Of a stretch of 24,274 nt of DNA, positions 1-7,366 are shown piece by piece. The stretch comes from Candidatus Nanohaloarchaea archaeon (GTDB lineage: Archaea; Nanohalarchaeota; Nanosalinia; Nanosalinales; Nanosalinaceae). Both the position numbers and the translations under genes were made by a program. The stretch's first letter is position 1; the number at the start of each line of letters is the position of its first letter. The stretch is taken from the NCBI GenBank assembly GCA_041640075.1, contig JBEQAY010000013.1, positions 1 through 24,274 on the forward strand. The letters run 5' to 3'. Under the pieces are notes generated by a model, which was not told the DNA's origin, made no database searches, and worked only from the letters and a program-made list of their open reading frames with translations.

Positions 1-28
1 CTGCTGGAACAGTTAAAAGTCGGATGGT

Positions 29-376
29 CTATCCCAATACAGAAATTACGTAATGTAGCATTAGTAAACCGATATAGGCCCATGAAAATAACAGGGTTAT
101 GAACATTGTAAAACTGATGTAATGCCCTTTCTCACTCTCAGAATCCAATAACCAAGTAAGGAAAGTTATTAGAGCCGCAGGACCTGCCAACATAAATTGT
201 AAAGGCATTCCAAGAATAATACTTTGTACTACCATATGAATTGTTTCTAGAGACATAAAATATTCATTTCTGAACACTAAGAGAGTGACATAACCTATAA
301 ACGGACTGCTAAGGGGGGTTAAAAGAGATTCCCCTCTAAATTTCTCCACAATATCATCTACAAGAGGATCCAGCAC
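29..376 (-). CDS. Hypothetical membrane protein (about 3 hydrophobic segments)
   Basis: 115-aa hydrophobic ORF in a visibly AT-rich stretch; GTG start uncertain. Confidence 0.5.
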   Translation of the reverse strand: MLDPLVDDIVEKFRGESLLTPLSSPFIGYVTLLVFRNEYFMSLETIHMVVQSIILGMPLQFMLAGPAALITFLTWLLDSESEKGHYISFTMFITLLFSWAYIGLLMLHYVISVLG

Positions 377-485
377 ATATTACATATGAGACTAAAATTT
401 GATATTTCTTTCAGTTAGCATCCTTAATAAATTGCGTATACTGAGTTTCCAGTTAGATAGAATCTTCACGACTTTAGAACTTTCC

Positions 486-534
486 AACCCCAATACTCAA
501 ATTATTTACTGTATAACTATTGTATAGAGGGTGA
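486..534 (+). promoter_or_regulatory. Upstream region copy 1: ATTATTT-N4-TATAACTATTGTATAG followed by SD-like GAGGGTGA
   Basis: Colinear with 1135-1182; the 16-mer at 512-527 is identical to 1161-1176. Confidence 0.65.
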
Positions 535-539
535 AAACT

Positions 540-1079
540 ATGAATGAACATGATTTTGGACCGGATTATCATCCAAGGCTTGATTCTGCGAGGATCAGGG
601 ATACAACTCCGAGGGAGCTGGGTTCAAGCCTGTCGGAGGAGTATGAGGATTCTGATAACGCGATGCAGCGGGCTTTAGCTGTGGATGATGCGTCGAAGCG
701 TGAGGCTAACGCTGTCCCCGGAATGGAGGAGATCGGCCATGGAGACTTTGACGCTTACGTGGCAGCCAGGCAGAGTATCACAGGAGATTTTCCGGTGCCG
801 GGCCGCGTGGATCAGTGGGTGAACAGCTTCCAGCGTATGTACGATGAGGATGCTCCGCAGACGGATTTCGAGGTCGGGCTGGAGAAGTATATCAGTTCGG
901 TTTACTCGGATAACGTCGGGTTTGACTACAATGAGATAGAGGTTGAGTCCGTGGATGAGACTGATGTACGGCTTTCCGTGGATCTGTACTACGAGCCTGA
1001 TGCGGATTTCCTGGATCGTGTAAGTCTGCCCGGCGAGCTGGAGGTTACGGGACTGCTTCAGAACATGGATGTCGACTGA
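540..1079 (+). CDS. Acidic hypothetical protein, paralog A
   Basis: ATG at 540 after SD-like GAGGGTGA; C-terminal YSDNVGFD...VDLYYEPDADFLDRVSLPGELEVTG aligns with the next gene. Confidence 0.85.
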   Translation: MNEHDFGPDYHPRLDSARIRDTTPRELGSSLSEEYEDSDNAMQRALAVDDASKREANAVPGMEEIGHGDFDAYVAARQSITGDFPVPGRVDQWVNSFQRMYDEDAPQTDFEVGLEKYISSVYSDNVGFDYNEIEVESVDETDVRLSVDLYYEPDADFLDRVSLPGELEVTGLLQNMDVD

Positions 1080-1134
1080 AGCATTCCACGTTTTTTCTAT
1101 TTTCAAGGCTGTATTGGCCTCTTTTAAGGGTTTG

Positions 1135-1182
1135 AACCGAAAAACTGATATTATTTGGGTTATAACTATTGTATAGGAGGTG
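1135..1182 (+). promoter_or_regulatory. Upstream region copy 2 with the same 16-mer and SD GGAGGTG
   Basis: ATTATTT-GGGT-TATAACTATTGTATAG-GAGGTG. Confidence 0.65.
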
Positions 1183-1188
1183 GATAGA

Positions 1189-1659
1189 ATGGATTTTGAA
1201 GATGAGAGGTTCAAGTACTTTCCGGAGGTTGAATCTGCGACTATTTATGATTCGACTCCGACGGCGATCGCCAACGGGGTTTCAAGCAATCAATCAGGTA
1301 GGGATCCTCTGGAGCCGGCGTTTGACGTGGATGTTATACTGAGTGAAGACGGTATCGCCCATGCACTGGCTCGTGAAGGGATCAATGCTGATGTACCTGA
1401 GGACGGCAACCTGATGGATGGTGTCTCCCGGTACGTCGATGAGATGTATTCGGATAGTGTCGGTTTCGACGTCGAGGATGATGTGAAGCTGAAGAGGTGT
1501 GCCGATGGAGATGTCAGCCTTGGAGTCCAGCTTCATTACGAGACTGATGCAGAGTTCGTGGAGGACGTCAAGCTTCCCGGCATGCTGACTGTCAAAGGAG
1601 AGGTTCGTGAGGAGTACAGGGATGAAGTTGAGGATTACAGGCCGATGAGCGGCTACTGA
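1189..1659 (+). CDS. Acidic hypothetical protein, paralog B
   Basis: ATG at 1189 follows GGAGGTG; C-terminal YSDSVGFD...VQLHYETDAEFVEDVKLPGMLTVKG is homologous to paralog A. Confidence 0.85.
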   Translation: MDFEDERFKYFPEVESATIYDSTPTAIANGVSSNQSGRDPLEPAFDVDVILSEDGIAHALAREGINADVPEDGNLMDGVSRYVDEMYSDSVGFDVEDDVKLKRCADGDVSLGVQLHYETDAEFVEDVKLPGMLTVKGEVREEYRDEVEDYRPMSGY

Positions 1660-1694
1660 CAGGATGATTTCTTCCTGTCAATAACTTTTTCTTT
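1657..1694 (+). terminator. Hairpin plus T-tract terminator candidate
   Basis: TGACAGGA(1657-1664)/TCCTGTCA(1673-1680) inverted repeat, then TTTTTCTTT, between convergent genes. Confidence 0.5.
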
Positions 1695-1731
1695 GAAAGA
1701 ATATGGAAGGGAAATTGTGTTCAGGCGTGTT

Positions 1732-2052
1732 TCAGTGCTCTGCCTGATTGATTATGTCGTGTAGTTCCTTGTCTATGGCTTTGGCTTCTCTTTTGAGATC
1801 CTTTACAAGTAGCTCGTCGATCATCCTGTCAAGCTGATCCATCTCCCTTACGTCTTCCTCCAGTGCTTCCAGATGATGTTCCTTCAGATCCTGGTCAAGT
1901 TTCTCTCGCAGATTCTCCATCTTGTGGGCTAGTTCATCGATCTTCTTGGCGTCTCCGATGTCCTCTGAGAAGATTTTGGCGAATTCGTCGGCCAGTTTTT
2001 CGAAGTTTTCTATCCTGCGGTTGAGGTCGATAAGTTCTCCTTTGTTTACCAT
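1732..2052 (-). CDS. Small acidic helical/coiled-coil hypothetical protein
   Basis: 106 aa, E/D/K/L-rich with heptad-like pattern. Confidence 0.8.
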   Translation of the reverse strand: MVNKGELIDLNRRIENFEKLADEFAKIFSEDIGDAKKIDELAHKMENLREKLDQDLKEHHLEALEEDVREMDQLDRMIDELLVKDLKREAKAIDKELHDIINQAEH

Positions 2053-2100
2053 AACTCATTTTTACTATTTACAGGATAAAAAAGTGAGTTGAGATCACAG

Positions 2101-2460
2101 CTACTGGCTGAGTTTCTCTGTGATCTCTCTAGGTAGTACCTGAAGGCTTACAAGGAGGAATAGTATTGTGTAGACTAGGATGTTTTGTGGTTCTGCAGGA
2201 GGTACTGATTCGGCAAAGTATGTGGCTGTGACTGCTGTGAAACCTGCGGAGAGCATCACACCCTGAGCCAGGACAGTTTTGACAGGCATTTTCTCACTTG
2301 AGAGCGAGAAACTGATTCCTGCAAAGTTGGCTACAGTGAAAAGGAAACTGTAGACACTTAATTGAGAGGAAGGGTTTAGAGCTGCAAAAACGGTGGCTAT
2401 ACCTGTTAGTAGACCTGCCAGCATCAATCGAACCTTGTTCCCGGTATCTTCAATTCCCAT
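2101..2460 (-). CDS. Small membrane protein (about 4 TM)
   Basis: Four hydrophobic stretches; starts 19 nt after the MBL gene. Confidence 0.8.
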   Translation of the reverse strand: MGIEDTGNKVRLMLAGLLTGIATVFAALNPSSQLSVYSFLFTVANFAGISFSLSSEKMPVKTVLAQGVMLSAGFTAVTATYFAESVPPAEPQNILVYTILFLLVSLQVLPREITEKLSQ

Positions 2461-2479
2461 AACTTCATACAGCCTACTG

Positions 2480-3286
2480 CTAGAGTTTAAACTTTGTGCC
2501 CTGTTCTGCCACTTTGAAGCCTGCCTCCTGGACCTTGCTTCTTTCCTCGGAGTCCTCCCGCAGTACTGGGTTAGTGTGGTTCATGTGCGTGAAGTAGATT
2601 TCTGTATCTGTGTCTGAGAACTGGTCCAGGCTTCTTCTGATGGGTGGGTGTGGTACTTCCTGGAATCTTCCGATCTCGTCTTCGCTCCAGAACGTTCCAT
2701 CGATGACTGCGATGTCTGCTTCCTCCACACATTCCTCTATCTCTCGTGTGAAGTCCGTGATATCGGCCAGGTAGAACAGTTTCTTATCTTCTCCGTGGAT
2801 CATGTATGCTGTTGTATCATGGTTTAGGTGGGGATGATGGAACTGAATTGATTCTATTTCTCCCCCTCGAATTTTCTCTTTATCTCCGTGATCGAAGTCA
2901 TGGACTTCGATATTATTTCTATCGATGAGGAATCTATATGGGTCATTTTTCATCATGTATTCTTCAACTTTTCCACAGCAGAAAACTGATAGTTCCGAGA
3001 TATCCGGTCCTTCCTGTCCGAAGAACTGTAGACCTGTGATATGTCCCAGGCCTTCATGCGGTATGAAAATCCCGTCGAGGTATTTCCACTGCACCTGCTG
3101 TCTGATATCCGGTGTTGCATTCACAAGATATCTTGCAGTATCTTCCTCATCGTTTTCCATGAGAAGCAGTGATTCAACGTATTTTGCCTCTCTAGGATCT
3201 TCCCTTGCTTTTTCACATAGTTCGCAGTCACATCCCAAGTGCGGAACGCCACCGTCCTGAACGTTTCCAAGAACCTCTACTTTCAT
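2480..3286 (-). CDS. Metallo-beta-lactamase fold protein, PqqB-like
   Basis: LGNVQDGGVPHLGCDCELC N-terminus, DGTFWS, VPHP and YFTHMNHTNP motifs; SD GAGGCGA. Confidence 0.85.
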   Translation of the reverse strand: MKVEVLGNVQDGGVPHLGCDCELCEKAREDPREAKYVESLLLMENDEEDTARYLVNATPDIRQQVQWKYLDGIFIPHEGLGHITGLQFFGQEGPDISELSVFCCGKVEEYMMKNDPYRFLIDRNNIEVHDFDHGDKEKIRGGEIESIQFHHPHLNHDTTAYMIHGEDKKLFYLADITDFTREIEECVEEADIAVIDGTFWSEDEIGRFQEVPHPPIRRSLDQFSDTDTEIYFTHMNHTNPVLREDSEERSKVQEAGFKVAEQGTKFKL

Positions 3287-3485
3287 TTTTTAATCGCCTC
3301 TAAAAATTGCTCTAAACCATGACTTGATTCTTACTTATAAAAACCAAATCCCTTGTACCACGCCGTAACCATCCCAGAAAAACATTTCTGATATAAAAAC
3401 TTCTCCAGAAAAATATTCCATAGCAGAACGCTGGAGATCGAAAACTCGAGAGAGTTTTTCTTGATCCAAAGCAAATCTTCGATTT

Positions 3486-3609
3486 GCCGGAGTGGCAGAG
3501 GAGTTATGCAGCGGCCTGCAAAACCTGTTTCCTGTGGAAACGGGATTGAGAAAATCTAGGATTTTCGAGCAGCTAGCCGCCTACCAGGGTGCAAATCCCT
3601 GCTCCGGCT
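3486..3609 (+). tRNA. tRNA-Cys(GCA) with a 53-nt intron (3522-3574) at position 37/38
   Basis: Acceptor GCCGGAG/CTCCGGC, U73 discriminator, anticodon stem GCGGC/GCCGC, anticodon GCA 3518-3520, T-stem CAGGG/CCCTG; BHB-type core CTGC/GCAG flanked by AAA and CTA; no encoded CCA. Confidence 0.93.
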
Positions 3610-3637
3610 TCACACCTTATAGAAAAAATTAGAGAGA

Positions 3638-4447
3638 TTATTCTGATTCTGTTATTTCAGTAGAGCTATTTCCTCTTCCTGAGCTCTCCTCATAGTTATC
3701 TACAGAGTCATCAGGGTGCCTGTCCACAGCTGTGAAGAACATGTTAGCCACATCAGGGCCTCTTATATCTCCTACATGATCATTTTCCTTGATTACAGCT
3801 CTGCCTTCTTCCTCGATCTTATCCAAAACCGCATTGTAGACCGGCCTAAGCCTTTGAAACTTTGAGTTTTGAGCTTTTATCTGTTCGTCTTGTTTCTTTG
3901 ATTCCCAGAGGTTTCTGCGGGATTCGTGGTACAACCTGTCAACAAGAAGTACTCTTTTCTTGAGTTCGTCACTTTGCCATTCCACAGTCTCTCCTTTATC
4001 CCCTATTTTAGTAGCTCTGACCTTATCTTCCTCTTCATCTTCTCTTTTGTCGTATCTGAAGACGTATCTGTTCCTGCCTACTTTCTGTGTGAAGGTAGTG
4101 GTACCTTCAAATGAGCTGAACACGTCGTAACGGGTTTCATCGCCGTCCGAATCGACGAGAACTGTTTCCCCTGTTACGGCGTTGAGTTTTACCTGTTGGA
4201 CATCTATCTCGAAGTCCTCTATCCTTACTTCCTTTATATCTTCTTCATCGTACCAGTCGCTTCCTGTACCTTCAGGCACGTAGACTGACCCTGTCGAATC
4301 CGAGGTTTCTCTATGGTCTTTTCCGTAGACAAGATCATACGAGTCTACCTCTTTTTCTTCGGGTTCAAGCTCTTCTGCAAGCTCCTCAAGCTCGACTTCA
4401 CCTTCGAGTTCACGTGTAGAATGTTCGGGACTGAGAATCTGGCTCAT
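3638..4447 (-). CDS. Acidic hypothetical protein
   Basis: 269-aa ORF with halophilic composition and no recognisable motif. Confidence 0.75.
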   Translation of the reverse strand: MSQILSPEHSTRELEGEVELEELAEELEPEEKEVDSYDLVYGKDHRETSDSTGSVYVPEGTGSDWYDEEDIKEVRIEDFEIDVQQVKLNAVTGETVLVDSDGDETRYDVFSSFEGTTTFTQKVGRNRYVFRYDKREDEEEDKVRATKIGDKGETVEWQSDELKKRVLLVDRLYHESRRNLWESKKQDEQIKAQNSKFQRLRPVYNAVLDKIEEEGRAVIKENDHVGDIRGPDVANMFFTAVDRHPDDSVDNYEESSGRGNSSTEITESE

Positions 4448-4557
4448 ATGGCAGCGGACGCCTCCTTCGAGCGAGCTGCACTGTTTTCAACTGTTTCAGC
4501 CATCATTTACCAATTGTGGGGCTTATTTATAAAAGTTTCACGCTCAAAAGAGGTTTT

Positions 4558-4980
4558 ATGTCCGATGAAGGTCCAGAGTGTGATGCTCTGGATGATTTAC
4601 TGGAACCATATGAGATCGGTTCTGAAAGAAGTTATATGATGGATGCCTCGGATCTCGGACAGCAGTTCTACCGTGTTGATATGTATCTTTCCGGTTTCTC
4701 GGGAAAGGCTCATGTGGAACTGGCTGAGGAAGGTTTCCTTAACTACCACGAAAAAGGTCGAATAGATGAGGATGACGACGTGGTTTTCTACGCCGAACCT
4801 GAAGAAGTAGAGTTCGATGAGGAAAGGGTTTTACTGGACGCTCATACAGAAGTTGTTCTGGGTAAAAGGCATAGTGAAAGCGTTCCCGTAGACTTTGTGT
4901 CAGGTGAGAACCCGTTCAGAAGTTACAGATTGTTTATGCCGACTCATGAAGCAGTCAACCAGGAATTAAAGTCTTTGTGA
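4558..4980 (+). CDS. Acidic hypothetical protein
   Basis: ATG 4558 after GAGG; TATA-like TTTATAAAA at 4526-4534. Confidence 0.75.
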   Translation: MSDEGPECDALDDLLEPYEIGSERSYMMDASDLGQQFYRVDMYLSGFSGKAHVELAEEGFLNYHEKGRIDEDDDVVFYAEPEEVEFDEERVLLDAHTEVVLGKRHSESVPVDFVSGENPFRSYRLFMPTHEAVNQELKSL

Positions 4981-4995
4981 AAAACCTGATTCTAT

Positions 4996-5604
4996 ATGAA
5001 AGATAAAGTTCGAAAAGGCTACGAAGCCGGCGACTACGAGGGTGAATACAGGACCGATAGAGAGGTCAGAGACGAGGAGGAGAAGATCTTCCAGAAACTT
5101 TTCGACCTGCTACCTGAAAACGGCGAGATACTGGATCTTGGATGCGGTACCGGGGAACCTTTTGACCGGTACATGGTTGACGAGGGATTCAGTGTCAAAG
5201 GTGTGGACCTAGTAGAGAAGCATATCTACGCAGCCCGTGAACACGTTCCGGAAGCAGAGTTTGTTCAGGGAGACTTCTTCGATGTCAATCCGGAGAAAGA
5301 AAGTTTCGATGCAGTTGTCAGCTTCTACGCGATCTTCCACCTGCCGCGTGAAAGGCATCAGGAACTTTTCGAGCACATGCACGAACTTCTGAACGACGAC
5401 GGCGCTATTCTTGTAACTGTCGGCGGAGAAGAGATGGACAACTATACTGAAGAAGACTGGAGTGACTCAGAGATGGTCTGGAGTTCATACAGCCAGGAGA
5501 AAAGCCTGGAGATCATAGAGGACTCCGGTTTCAACGTTATCGAGACATACGAGGAAGAATCGGATGAGGAACATCATCTCTGGGTGCTGGCAGAGAAAAA
5601 ATAG
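4996..5604 (+). CDS. Class I SAM-dependent methyltransferase
   Basis: ILDLGCGTG motif I, GVD, FDAVVSFYAIFHLP. Confidence 0.92.
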   Translation: MKDKVRKGYEAGDYEGEYRTDREVRDEEEKIFQKLFDLLPENGEILDLGCGTGEPFDRYMVDEGFSVKGVDLVEKHIYAAREHVPEAEFVQGDFFDVNPEKESFDAVVSFYAIFHLPRERHQELFEHMHELLNDDGAILVTVGGEEMDNYTEEDWSDSEMVWSSYSQEKSLEIIEDSGFNVIETYEEESDEEHHLWVLAEKK

Positions 5605-5627
5605 GATTCAAATAAATTTACTGGACC

Positions 5628-6413
5628 ATGGAACCTGCTGATACAGTTGACGTCGTGCAGACTGTCATACGAGACAGTAGAGAAAAGTACCTGATAGGGA
5701 AAAGAACTCGAGACGGTTACTGGGAGTTCCTCGGCGGAAAACTGGAGGAAAGTGAAACCGTTAGAGAAGCAGCTTTCCGTGAACTACAGGAGGAAACCGG
5801 TATAGAAACAGCTAAAGAAGATCTAGCGAACTACGTAGAGGGCAAAACTTACAGGAGCCGGGATAGCGAAGTTTACAGGTTAAATCCTGTTCTACTAGAG
5901 TTTTCAGACACTCCGGAAGTCGAAGAACTGAGTGAGGAACATTCTGAAGTTGAATGGATTGATCTTGAGGAGTTCCATAGCTATGAGACGCTTGGGCAGT
6001 ACCAGGCGCTGGAAAATCTTGGTGTGGTGGAGGGAGAAGTTGCCCTGCCTGTACCCAGAAAAGAGGGAAAGTATCTGATCCTGAAAAGGTCTGAAGAAAC
6101 TTCCAGCTCAGGTCTCTGGAACTTTCCAGGCGGCAAAAAAGAGGAAAAAGAAAGTCTACAGGAAACAGCTGTCAGAGAGCTTAGAGAGGAGACAGGGATG
6201 CAGGGAGAGATAATTGAAGAGGGAGAAGCTTACATTAATAATGGAGAGCTTGGTTACTGGTATATTACACCTTACCTTGTTGAAGTTTCAGGAGATATTG
6301 AACTGAACCATGAACACTCGGATTACAGGTGGATCAAGCCAGAAAACCTTGAGGAACTGGAAACTCTCGGTACGGATAAAGCTCTTGAAAGCTTGAAGAG
6401 GGTTGAACTATGA
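5628..6413 (+). CDS. Double-domain Nudix hydrolase
   Basis: Two canonical Nudix boxes: GKLEESETVREAAFRELQEETG and GKKEEKESLQETAVRELREETG. Confidence 0.93.
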   Translation: MEPADTVDVVQTVIRDSREKYLIGKRTRDGYWEFLGGKLEESETVREAAFRELQEETGIETAKEDLANYVEGKTYRSRDSEVYRLNPVLLEFSDTPEVEELSEEHSEVEWIDLEEFHSYETLGQYQALENLGVVEGEVALPVPRKEGKYLILKRSEETSSSGLWNFPGGKKEEKESLQETAVRELREETGMQGEIIEEGEAYINNGELGYWYITPYLVEVSGDIELNHEHSDYRWIKPENLEELETLGTDKALESLKRVEL

Positions 6414-6862
6414 AGCCTGAGAAGCCGACAGAGGTTGCGACCGCAGTACCTTACAGCGCAGAAAAAGAAAAATTTTTACTGACTAAAGGAACGCAGGATA
6501 CAGATATTCATCCGGGTAAATGGGATTTCCCGGGCGGACACATCCGGAAACCGGATGTTCCTGGAAGCAGCACAGAAGATGTGGACAGACATGTTGAAGA
6601 TGAAAATCCTAAGAAAGCTGCTCTACGGGAGCTGGAAGAGGAAACCGGTCTGAAAGGACAGGTACTGAGAACCGGTGAAAGCTTTGCTCTGGATACTTTA
6701 GACGGCATGTTCAGGATACACCCGTTCCTGATACTGGTAGAAGGTGAACCAGAACTGAATGAAGAGCACACAGAGTACGAATGGATAGAACCTGATGATC
6801 TGGAAGATTTTGAGACTGTGAAAGGTCTTGACACAGATCTGGAGAAACTTGATGTACTGTAG
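6410..6862 (+). CDS. Nudix hydrolase with an approximately 17-aa insertion in the Nudix box
   Basis: WDFPGGH[IRKPDVPGSSTEDVDRH]VEDENPKKAALRELEEETG; ATGA overlap with the upstream gene. Confidence 0.9.
   Translation: MKPEKPTEVATAVPYSAEKEKFLLTKGTQDTDIHPGKWDFPGGHIRKPDVPGSSTEDVDRHVEDENPKKAALRELEEETGLKGQVLRTGESFALDTLDGMFRIHPFLILVEGEPELNEEHTEYEWIEPDDLEDFETVKGLDTDLEKLDVL
6541..6591. mobile_element. Candidate 51-bp in-frame palindromic insertion (MITE or small-mobile-repeat-like)
   Basis: GACA direct repeats at 6537-6540 and 6588-6591; hairpin ACATCCGG-AAA-CCGGATGT; CACATC/GATGTG inverted ends. Confidence 0.45.
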
Positions 6863-6919
6863 CTATGGAAAAGAATGAAAACTTAAATTGGAGAACTTGT
6901 TTACAGAAGTGAAAAAATA

Positions 6920-7366
6920 ATGGAACACGAACAGTTCAGAACCGTGGTCAAGGCTTTGATCACGAACCGCGGAGATATACTGATCGGGAAGAAGGAAGAG
7001 AAAGATGGACATCCTATAAGCGGCGAATGGCATATCCTTGGTGGACACTTAGAGCACGGAGAGCAGATTGAAGAAGCTGTGGAACGTGAGGTAGAGGAGG
7101 AAACCGGTCTGGACGTGAAAGTTCACCAGGTAGTGGACGTCATGACGTTCTCATGGGAGGACGGCGAAAAAGACTCCCTCCAGATAGTCTTCCACTGCGA
7201 AGCAGAAAGACGGGAGGAAGAAGCTCTCGACGACCTTACAGAGCTGAAATGGGTTTCACCCGACGAAATCACAGAGTACGTACATACAGAGGAAGCAGAA
7301 AGACTTGAAAATAGAGAGGACCAGGCAAGATTCCTGGAGAAACTGGACAAGATGCCCAGCTTCTGA
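6920..7366 (+). CDS. Nudix hydrolase
   Basis: Canonical box GHLEHGEQIEEAVEREVEEETGL. Confidence 0.93.
   Translation: MEHEQFRTVVKALITNRGDILIGKKEEKDGHPISGEWHILGGHLEHGEQIEEAVEREVEEETGLDVKVHQVVDVMTFSWEDGEKDSLQIVFHCEAERREEEALDDLTELKWVSPDEITEYVHTEEAERLENREDQARFLEKLDKMPSF

Noticed and set aside
675..1536. Antisense ORFs 675-1214 and 1294-1536, and similar shadow ORFs across the window
   Set aside because: They overlap well-supported acidic genes and have the S/F/L-rich composition expected from antisense reading
3335..3421. Minus-strand 28-codon ORF MEYFSGEV...IWFL
   Set aside because: It runs through the probable promoter region and has no independent support
3610..4980. Possible island integrated at the tRNA-Cys 3' end
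   Set aside because: No integrase and no duplicated tRNA 3' end (att site) seen in the window
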